Shown piece after piece: positions 1 through 7,616 of a stretch of 64,000 nt of DNA. The position numbers were made by a program, and so were the translations under genes. A model generated the notes under the pieces. That model was not told where the DNA came from. It did no database searches and saw only the letters and a program-made list of their open reading frames with translations. The stretch's first letter is position 1; each line of letters begins with the position of its first letter. Origin of the DNA: a virus (lineage: Duplodnaviria; Caudoviricetes). The stretch is taken from positions 13,898 through 77,897 of IMG/VR virus record IMGVR_UViG_3300032007_000065. One strand, given 5' to 3'.

Positions 1-2
1 CG

Positions 3-362
3 AAGGGCAAGGTGCCGAACACCATTCCCTACGATCAGTTCGTCGGCTCCATTTGGGAGAAGAACTTCGACATCAACAAGTTCGATCCGAGAGTTCCGTC
101 CATCTCTCTTCAGATGATCTGGAGTGAGATGTGCCGCAACCCGGACAACATGAACGAGCCGTACCGTTTCATTTTCGGCAAGGGCAATGCGTCTCCCTAC
201 GGCTATGCGACGGGCAACATGAACAACGTCGCTGCGGCAACGTCGGTGTTCTCGGCGTTGAGCTTTGAACGCATCAAGGAGAAGCTGGCGTCGTCCATCA
301 ACATGACGAAGTCCGGTGTCGAGCAGCATCGGTCGCCCGTCGAAGAAGTTCTGTCGATGTGA
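3..362 (+). CDS. C-terminal end of probable RNA polymerase beta-prime-like subunit (5'-partial)
   Basis: Frame open to the window edge; ATSVFSALSFERIKEKL..SPVEEVL resembles the beta-prime C-terminal region H (SFLSAASF..T..L). Confidence 0.55.
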   Translation, partial: KGKVPNTIPYDQFVGSIWEKNFDINKFDPRVPSISLQMIWSEMCRNPDNMNEPYRFIFGKGNASPYGYATGNMNNVAAATSVFSALSFERIKEKLASSINMTKSGVEQHRSPVEEVLSM

Positions 363-376
363 CGGAGGTGAATCCC

Positions 377-1024
377 ATGGGAAACTCTCTGAACCCGAGC
401 GACTTTCTCGACGAGATGAGTCGCCACGCCGACAGCAAGACGGAACTGAGACTTCAGAGTCAGGGCGCCTACGAAGCCGAAGGCTACGACGACAGCGACT
501 ACGATCCCATGACGGGTCGTGGCCGCAACTCTGAAGGACGTGGTCGGCCCGACACCATTCACGGACGCCACTACGAGCGAACCAATGAGCTCATCAAGGT
601 GGCCCACGACGAACTGATGCGATGGATCAACGGCTCCAGCTACCGGGACAGCTGTCTCGCCTGTCTGTCGTTGAATCCACCCGACAACTCGTACTTCGAC
701 AAGTTCAAGAAGGGCGAGACCGATAGTTGCACACTCGGGCGTTTCAACTACGTCTGGAGTGGCAACAAGGGAAATCTCGAATACAACAAGACGCCCCAGC
801 AGATCAAGCGCGGTTTCTATCTGGCCGTCTGGAATGCCAATAAGGCCTTTATGAAACGGACAGACGGAGAGTACTCGCTGACGGGAGATCTCGTCACCTC
901 CGGCTGGACCATCACGCTGAAGAAGGCCGATAGTCGCACCGTCCTGAACCGTGCCAAGAATCCGAGAAAACCGAAACTGGAACGCGTCGACGCCAGATCG
1001 TATCTCGACGACGACATGTTCTGA
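377..1024 (+). CDS. hypothetical protein
   Basis: GGAGG SD at 364-368 before ATG 377; genome-typical C/G-ending codons. Confidence 0.75.
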   Translation: MGNSLNPSDFLDEMSRHADSKTELRLQSQGAYEAEGYDDSDYDPMTGRGRNSEGRGRPDTIHGRHYERTNELIKVAHDELMRWINGSSYRDSCLACLSLNPPDNSYFDKFKKGETDSCTLGRFNYVWSGNKGNLEYNKTPQQIKRGFYLAVWNANKAFMKRTDGEYSLTGDLVTSGWTITLKKADSRTVLNRAKNPRKPKLERVDARSYLDDDMF

Positions 1025-1038
1025 GAAGGAGACGAACC

Positions 1039-1875
1039 ATGAAACTGACGTTTTCCGAAGCTCTGGAGAAGGCCGACGAAGGCCGACTCTGGAGACAGCA
1101 GTACCGCCAGGCCGCTCAGGAAGGCATTCTCGACAGTGTCTTCGGCCGGTCGGCGAAGACCTACTATCGCACAACCTACCCGATCGCCCCTGGAGACAAA
1201 GCAATGACTAGTGTGCCCAGTCTCGAAGAGCTCCAGAATAGTCGATCCAACACCGTTCCGTTCTGCTATGCCACCGAAGACGAAGCACTTCTGCACGGCA
1301 TCGTACTCGTCAACGACAAAGTTGACGCCGCTGCGAAGGTCATCTACACGACGGCGAAACGTCTTAGGCGTATCGGCTCTGAACGAATCACGCTCTACAG
1401 CATCCAGGCTTCTGGATTCAAACAGTGCAGAGGCGACAGCTTCTATTCTGGGTCGCCGAAGTCTGTCCAGAGTGTCACGACAATCTCGACCATGACGGTG
1501 GCCGAAGCTGCGAAGCGTCTCGGCTACAGATTCGAAGCCAAGAACGACGACAGTTTCGAACGCCATACGGCTTTTATCTGTGCCGTCACGTTGTTGAAGA
1601 AAGAGATGAAGCAGCTGGGCATCAACATTCGAATCGACGTTCCGAAGGCTGATGTCCAGGACTGGATGGACCAGGAAGAGGACGAGATCTGGCTGGCGCA
1701 GGCGACTTTCCGTCCCATTGGAGGAGACGAGGAGACGGCCATTGCCAACATAAACCGATTCATGGGAGTCGTCGGATCCGTCAACGAGAAGTTCCAGGCC
1801 CAGTACGGCCGGAAGTATCGTATCGTCGGCGACAGTGACAAATGGGAAGTCTGCGCCGTGCTCGAAGCCAGATGA
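1039..1875 (+). CDS. hypothetical protein
   Basis: AAGGAG SD; 278 aa; N-terminus similar to the next ORF. Confidence 0.75.
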   Translation: MKLTFSEALEKADEGRLWRQQYRQAAQEGILDSVFGRSAKTYYRTTYPIAPGDKAMTSVPSLEELQNSRSNTVPFCYATEDEALLHGIVLVNDKVDAAAKVIYTTAKRLRRIGSERITLYSIQASGFKQCRGDSFYSGSPKSVQSVTTISTMTVAEAAKRLGYRFEAKNDDSFERHTAFICAVTLLKKEMKQLGINIRIDVPKADVQDWMDQEEDEIWLAQATFRPIGGDEETAIANINRFMGVVGSVNEKFQAQYGRKYRIVGDSDKWEVCAVLEAR

Positions 1876-1891
1876 ATGGGGGTGACTCCGA

Positions 1892-2464
1892 ATGCTCATG
1901 AGCTATGAGGAGGCCCTGGAGCAGTTCGCCGTCACGGCGGAGATCCGGGCCGACGACAGAAGAGCCGCCCAGGAGGCACTGTTCGGTCGATTCGACCACT
2001 CGAACAGCCACTACTACGCATCGACGAATCCGGCCCAGAAGTCCTACGTGCCGACGACGAAGCCGAGGAATCTCAAGACCTGGAAGTTCGTCATCGGCTA
2101 CAAGACCCGGGACGAGGCCGCCCTCTTCGCCATGTGTCGATCGTCGGATCGACTCGACATGAGGCGAAAGGAACTCTGGACGACCCAGAAGAACGTCAAC
2201 ATCCTGGCGACGAGACGATTCTGGCTCTGGGAATTCGATGGCACCGACATGAGACCGTTCATACCCGACGGACTCATTGGAGACCGTTGGACGAAGATCA
2301 ACTCGTACCGATCGACAGATTCAAGTGAGTTCTCGAACATCAAGGTCATTGGTGAATTCGACCGTGAGAGCTGTGCCAAACTCATCGGCTGGAAGATACA
2401 CGTCGTCGATCCGGCACCGCCGAAACCCGGTGGTCTGTCGAGCCTCAAGATCCACTCGGGATGA
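1892..2464 (+). CDS. hypothetical protein
   Basis: GGGGGTG SD-like site; 190 aa; co-oriented. Confidence 0.7.
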   Translation: MLMSYEEALEQFAVTAEIRADDRRAAQEALFGRFDHSNSHYYASTNPAQKSYVPTTKPRNLKTWKFVIGYKTRDEAALFAMCRSSDRLDMRRKELWTTQKNVNILATRRFWLWEFDGTDMRPFIPDGLIGDRWTKINSYRSTDSSEFSNIKVIGEFDRESCAKLIGWKIHVVDPAPPKPGGLSSLKIHSG

Positions 2465-2600
2465 TTCCACGTCGGAATCATCCCTTCTTTTTCTTGTGGA
2501 ACCCAGCAGTCTCCGACATTGGGGCCGGCTACAAGCCAATAAAGTCACTGCAATTACTTCGGCCGTTTCGGCCAATTCCTGTAGAAGGAGGTCAAAAGCT

Positions 2601-5534
2601 ATGCCGTCCTATAGCCAGATTGTGCCTGAGCACAGCTACGCACATGTCATGACGGTCATCAACGACAACAGCGCCAAAACCCAAGCCGCGCTGCAGTCCG
2701 TCGATGAAACCTACTGCGACATGACGTTCGTGTTCAGTTCTCCGAAGGGCAAAGACCGCGAGCTCCAGTCCGTTTCCGGGCTTGATCAGTTCCGCGAGCG
2801 CTTCGGCGTCGGCACATTTGCAGCTTACGGCCAGCCGTACATGAACGCATATGCGGCTGCCAGCACCAACGCGGCTACGCTGCACTGCCTGCGTGTCACC
2901 GCAGACGATGCGACGTACTCTCTCGGCGCCCTCGTGGCGCACTACAAAGTGACTCCCGGTACCGACACCAACGGTGTCTCCACCGAGCCCGAGTCCTCCA
3001 GCTACGTGAACCTGATGGGCCACGACCTCGTCGCCATGGATGAAACTGATGACTTCAACGTGACGACAGTCTCCATCGCCGGTCTCAACGTGGCTGCTGG
3101 CATTTCCGCCGAAAACCACGACACCTTCGGCGACGACGCCGACCTGTCCCACTGCGTCGACGTCACTCTCGATCTGAATAAAGTCTTCACGTTCGATCCC
3201 GAGAAGACCTACCAGATCACCCAGAAGAATCCCCTGCTGGCTCGCTACGCCAACATCGACCCGTTCATCTCCGAGATCGACGGTGTCTGGACGAAGATCA
3301 AGACCTACTCCGGTGCCGACCTGGCCACCGAAGGGTTTGCCATTCTCGTCGGCAACGTCGTCGATGTGGAGCTCCAGATCGTCGAGTGGGGCAAGATCGA
3401 GCCGACGAATCCTATTAGCAACAACACCGCCATCGGCGTCTCCTGTGCCGACGACCGTGCCGTCATCAACGTCGACAAGGTCAAGTCCGGCAGCGTCGAC
3501 GGTGCCAGTCTCATTCTGTCCGGTTCCGTCGTGGCCGGTGTCCTGAACTCCGACCTCTGGGGCGAAGTTTCGGGCAACAACCTCGAGATCGACCTGGTGT
3601 TCCCGAACCTGTCCGACAACGGTCTCTACCGCATCGTCCAGGTCAACGACAACCTGTCGAAGTTCGCCCAGGATCCGACCATCTCGCAGGAGTCCGACGG
3701 CTGGACCAAGGACAAGACCTACGCCGGTGCCGACCTGAAGGACGGCTACGGCATCCTCCTCGGCGAGGGCAAGGGTGGCGCCACCGTCATGGTCTACGAC
3801 GAAAACGACGAACTCGTCAGCTTCGCCAACGTGACGAACAACGCTGTCTTCGTGACGGCCCATTCGTCCGAGGCCAATATGGGCGCCATCGGCAATCCGA
3901 CGATCGAGAAGATCTTCGCCGCCGTCGCCTTCACCGACAACGACAGCCTCAGCGTCAAGCTGCAGGCCGAGACCACCTACAATCGCATCATGGCTGCGAT
4001 CACTCCGGAAGAGGACGTCGACATCGACGGCTCCATGGACGTCTACTTCACCTTCGAAGGCACCGATACGGCCGTCACCGACGTGTCGAATCTCGGCAGC
4101 ATCATCGACGTCCCGGCAACTCCGGATGCCGACGGCTACATTGCCGTCAAGATCTTCGAGATGGCCGCTCGCGGTCGTGGTTCCTGGGGCGACAACATTC
4201 GTTTCGTCATCGAGAACTATCCGCGCGGTGATCGTCAGGGCGCCTACAAGTGCTACAAGATGACCATCTACGAGATCGATCGTGCGACGCTCGTCAAGAA
4301 GGAGGAGCACATCTTCTCGCTCGAGAAGCGTGCCGTGTCCGCCAACACCGGTTCTGCGCTCTACGCCGATCTGGTCCTCGGCGATCCGTTCAACGCCTCC
4401 GACTACGTCGCCATCGCCACCAATGCAAATGTAAATGCCGAGCTCTTCGCCGCCTACAAGCGTGCTGTCCCCAGCACCCAGGTGACGCAGATTCGTTTCG
4501 ACCCGCTGTTCGGCATGGCCTACGGCACGTCGCTGACGAAGCTCGACGGCTACACCATCGACACCACCAGTGCCGGCACCGTCTCCCTGTCTGGGGCCTC
4601 TGGCATCCAGCTGCTGAACGGCAGCGACGGCGCCTTCGCTGAGGATGCGCCGAATCGCATCGCCGCTCTCAACGCCGCCTATCTGAAGGCCTACTCCGGT
4701 GAGATCGACCGGAACATTGCTTCGAGAAAGCTCTTCCCGACGGACGTCTTCCTCGACGCCAACTTCGACACGCCGACCAAGGCCGCGCTCCACAACCTGG
4801 TTGAACAGCGCAAGGACTGCATGGCCATGTACGACATCGGTACGGCGTTCAACACCTACGCCGGGCTTCTCGAGAGCCTCGCCGACATTGAGCCCTACGT
4901 GACTCTCTACGCCGAGACCATCGAGGCCTACCGTGGCAAGATCCAGGATCCCGTCAGCTTCGAAGTCGTCGATGTGACGTCGACGTACGCACTGGCGGCG
5001 ATGCTGCCGACACACTTCCGTGCACACGGCGGCAAGTACGTTCCCATGGCCGGTTCCGCCTACGGCGTCATCTCCGGCTTCATCTCCGGGTCCGCTTACC
5101 CGGTCTACGATGAGGATCTCGACAGTAAGATTCTCGACGAGCTCGAGGCCAACAAGGTGAACTTCCTGAAGGTCAACAGCCGCAAGCAGGTTGTGCGCGG
5201 GAACCAGGCGACCCGTCAGGACGTCGACACCAACCTCAGCGAGCAGTCGAACGTCTTCATCCTCTTTGACATCGTACGCGATGCCAATCGCCTCTGCGAG
5301 CTCTACGAGTACAACTTCGCCAAGACCGAAGACATGGCTCGGTTCAACAAGCAGGCTGCCACACTGGTGAGCAAGTACGCTCCCCAGGTCAAGACGATTT
5401 CCGGTCAGTTCACCATGACCGACTGGGAGCGCGAGAACGGCATTCTGCACCTCTACATTGACTTCGTCCATGAAGACATCATCAAGCGTTCCATCGTTGA
5501 GGTCAACGTCAACCGTGGACGCATTGACTACTGA
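2601..5534 (+). CDS. contractile tail sheath protein (large, with inserted domains)
   Basis: GAAGGAGGT SD, ATG 2601. Sheath-type C-terminus (NQATRQ..LSEQSNVFILFDIVR..GILHLYIDF..IVEVNVNR). Directly upstream of a tube-like gene. Confidence 0.85.
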   Translation: MPSYSQIVPEHSYAHVMTVINDNSAKTQAALQSVDETYCDMTFVFSSPKGKDRELQSVSGLDQFRERFGVGTFAAYGQPYMNAYAAASTNAATLHCLRVTADDATYSLGALVAHYKVTPGTDTNGVSTEPESSSYVNLMGHDLVAMDETDDFNVTTVSIAGLNVAAGISAENHDTFGDDADLSHCVDVTLDLNKVFTFDPEKTYQITQKNPLLARYANIDPFISEIDGVWTKIKTYSGADLATEGFAILVGNVVDVELQIVEWGKIEPTNPISNNTAIGVSCADDRAVINVDKVKSGSVDGASLILSGSVVAGVLNSDLWGEVSGNNLEIDLVFPNLSDNGLYRIVQVNDNLSKFAQDPTISQESDGWTKDKTYAGADLKDGYGILLGEGKGGATVMVYDENDELVSFANVTNNAVFVTAHSSEANMGAIGNPTIEKIFAAVAFTDNDSLSVKLQAETTYNRIMAAITPEEDVDIDGSMDVYFTFEGTDTAVTDVSNLGSIIDVPATPDADGYIAVKIFEMAARGRGSWGDNIRFVIENYPRGDRQGAYKCYKMTIYEIDRATLVKKEEHIFSLEKRAVSANTGSALYADLVLGDPFNASDYVAIATNANVNAELFAAYKRAVPSTQVTQIRFDPLFGMAYGTSLTKLDGYTIDTTSAGTVSLSGASGIQLLNGSDGAFAEDAPNRIAALNAAYLKAYSGEIDRNIASRKLFPTDVFLDANFDTPTKAALHNLVEQRKDCMAMYDIGTAFNTYAGLLESLADIEPYVTLYAETIEAYRGKIQDPVSFEVVDVTSTYALAAMLPTHFRAHGGKYVPMAGSAYGVISGFISGSAYPVYDEDLDSKILDELEANKVNFLKVNSRKQVVRGNQATRQDVDTNLSEQSNVFILFDIVRDANRLCELYEYNFAKTEDMARFNKQAATLVSKYAPQVKTISGQFTMTDWERENGILHLYIDFVHEDIIKRSIVEVNVNRGRIDY

Positions 5535-5551
5535 GAAAGGAGGAGTTGAAC

Positions 5552-6418
5552 ATGGCACTGAAGACGATTCAGAACGGCATCAAGTCCAACACCAAGGACT
5601 ATAACAGGTTCAGCTACTTCCTTAGCGGAATCGATGTCACCCAACAGAACCTGGCGGGTTTCGACCCGTACATCCAGGGCACCAGCAGAATCTTTCTTTA
5701 CACGCCGCCCTTCTTCATGGAGCAGGGCTTCCCGACTCAGACGACGGTCTTTAAGTCCATCGTCGAGACCGGCTACACCCGCGTCGACGGCATCGCCGAT
5801 CTGACGGTCGACTTCGTGGAGTTCGAAGGTGGCTTTGCGGGGCAGAAGTTCTCGAACGTCAGCCTCGTCCGCGACGACACCGACACCTTCACCATCACGG
5901 TCTACGAGCAGTCCGGTTCTCCGGTCCGCGAGTTCCTTGACACGTGGGTCACCGGTGTTCGCGATCCGCGCAGTGGCGTCGCCCACTACCACGGCCTGCT
6001 TCTCGAGCACGGCGAGACCTACCCGACTGCCACCGTCATCAACGCCGACGGCGCTCAGGTTCCCAAGGTTCCCTACGGCGAGAAGTACCACACTGCGGAA
6101 TTCATCTACTACGATCTGACGCCCGACATGCAGGACATTGAATATGGCTGCATGCTGGCCCACTGCTTCCCGACGAAGGTGCCGAAGTCCCACCTGAACT
6201 TCGAGCACGGCGTCCGCGACAACGTCAGTCTGGAGATCGAGCTGCGTACCACCAAGTACGAGTCCAGCTACATCAACCAGATCTGCGAGTGGTATCGCCA
6301 GATCGACAAACTCAAGTGGAGCTACCTGTCCTTCAACCCGGGCATCACCCAGGAGGAGGTCAACTCCAGCTACAAGCTGCAGCTCAGCGACGGCGCTGGC
6401 TCCGGTCTTGCAGAGTAA
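5552..6418 (+). CDS. probable tail tube protein
   Basis: Follows the sheath, GAAAGGAGGA SD; beta-rich (FTITVYEQSGSPVREFLDTWVTG..DP, CFPTKVP) as in jumbo-phage tubes. Confidence 0.7.
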   Translation: MALKTIQNGIKSNTKDYNRFSYFLSGIDVTQQNLAGFDPYIQGTSRIFLYTPPFFMEQGFPTQTTVFKSIVETGYTRVDGIADLTVDFVEFEGGFAGQKFSNVSLVRDDTDTFTITVYEQSGSPVREFLDTWVTGVRDPRSGVAHYHGLLLEHGETYPTATVINADGAQVPKVPYGEKYHTAEFIYYDLTPDMQDIEYGCMLAHCFPTKVPKSHLNFEHGVRDNVSLEIELRTTKYESSYINQICEWYRQIDKLKWSYLSFNPGITQEEVNSSYKLQLSDGAGSGLAE

Positions 6419-6454
6419 CTACTGTCAGTCCTTCCATCAGGAATTGCAGTATAG

Positions 6455-6490
6455 AAAGGCTACTAGGCTTTCAGGGCCTAGTAGCTTTTC
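6455..6490 (+). terminator. intrinsic terminator after the sheath-tube operon
   Basis: GCTACTAGGC/GCCTAGTAGC stem followed by TTTT. Confidence 0.8.
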
Positions 6491-6536
6491 ACCGTCTCGG
6501 CGACGTCCTGTTAAAACTGTCAATCATAGACGAATG

Positions 6537-6547
6537 CCGTATATCAT
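6537..6547 (+). promoter_or_regulatory. phage promoter motif CCGTATATCAT (class A, putatively early)
   Basis: Recurrent motif upstream of many transcription units in this window. Confidence 0.6.
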
Positions 6548-6572
6548 AGACCTGAAAGGAGGACTGACATCT

Positions 6573-7310
6573 ATGAAGAAGTACGCAACCAGAGACCAGG
6601 TGATCACCGTGCTGCAGCGTTTGAGTCAGACCATGAGTCCCGATAAACTCATGACGCTACTCGGACTGCCCGCAGGTCACGTTGTCAATGGTCATTACAA
6701 TCTAAGCTGCACCATGGAGCAACTTGCAACTGCGATACGCCGTTACATCGACAATCTCCGCAGCGACGACGACGAGACCATCATTGTCGACTCGCTGCCG
6801 TCGACTGACTCCGATGAACCTGTCGCTCAGGGCGGCGACTTCGTTCGAGCCGTCACTCGGCCCGACGTCGAAGTCGACCCATTTAAGAAGCCGGAGGTCC
6901 CCGGAGGCCGGAAAGTCACGAAGTCTGACGTCGTGAATTCCATGGACCGCGTCGAAGGGCTCGATGAACTCCGGGCGAAGATTCAACTGCCAATCGATCA
7001 GAAAGTCACCGGTGCCGTCCCAGTGGAAGATAGTGTCGGACTCGAATACCAGCACATTCGGATGCCATTTGATCCGGGCGACGAGAACATGTTCCTCGGC
7101 GGCGACAGCTATGAGACGATGATGGCCATTGAGCAGAGACTCAAGAAATGGGGAGTCGGCCGTCGCCATATCACTGAAGTCTACGACATCGATTCGACGT
7201 CCATCTATCCACGCATGATCGTTCAGGTGCCAACGTTTGGACCGAAGATGAGAATCCCGTCTCCGCTTGACTCATTGAATCTCGATACGACGACACTGAG
7301 TTCCATCTGA
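6573..7310 (+). CDS. hypothetical protein; C-terminal PolB motif-A-like segment (YDIDSTSIYP)
   Basis: GAAAGGAGG SD, ATG 6573. Confidence 0.7.
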   Translation: MKKYATRDQVITVLQRLSQTMSPDKLMTLLGLPAGHVVNGHYNLSCTMEQLATAIRRYIDNLRSDDDETIIVDSLPSTDSDEPVAQGGDFVRAVTRPDVEVDPFKKPEVPGGRKVTKSDVVNSMDRVEGLDELRAKIQLPIDQKVTGAVPVEDSVGLEYQHIRMPFDPGDENMFLGGDSYETMMAIEQRLKKWGVGRRHITEVYDIDSTSIYPRMIVQVPTFGPKMRIPSPLDSLNLDTTTLSSI

Positions 7311-7312
7311 AA

Positions 7313-7325
7313 CCACATATCATTC
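7313..7325 (+). promoter_or_regulatory. class A promoter motif CCACATATCATTC
   Basis: Matches the recurrent motif; upstream of the 7375 ORF. Confidence 0.55.
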
Positions 7326-7374
7326 GGATGGACGAAGAAAGTCGGAATCGAGATTTGATGAAAGAGAGGAATGG

Positions 7375-7560
7375 ATGAATCTAATCAATGCATTTGTGGC
7401 AATGTATCTGGTGAGCGGTCTCATATGCGGTGGGCTCTACGTCATTGGAGCGCTGCGTCGGTCGCCGGATCATCTCAGGCGGCACTGGGTCTCTTGCATT
7501 TTGGCGTTCCTGCACTGGCCGGTGATTTTCATCGACACAGTCGACGCCAGATTCGGCTGA
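7375..7560 (+). CDS. small membrane protein
   Basis: 61 aa with two hydrophobic segments; GAGAGGA SD. Confidence 0.65.
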   Translation: MNLINAFVAMYLVSGLICGGLYVIGALRRSPDHLRRHWVSCILAFLHWPVIFIDTVDARFG

Positions 7561-7568
7561 CCGCCGAG

Positions 7569-7607
7569 AAAAAAAGAAACAGAGCACTCGGCTCTGTTTC
7601 TTTTTTT
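7569..7607. terminator. bidirectional intrinsic terminator
   Basis: A7GAAACAGAGC-actcg-GCTCTGTTTCT7 between convergent genes. Confidence 0.85.
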
Positions 7608-7616
7608 GTATGTGGA

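Noticed and set aside
2592-5558. Very long antisense ORFs (e.g. 2592-5558, 8493-10070, 13925-15394, 40743-42740, 48821-50536, 58834-59949)
   Set aside because: They shadow real genes. Strong C/G third-position bias removes stops from the opposite strand, and the V/D/G-rich translations lack SD sites and motifs.
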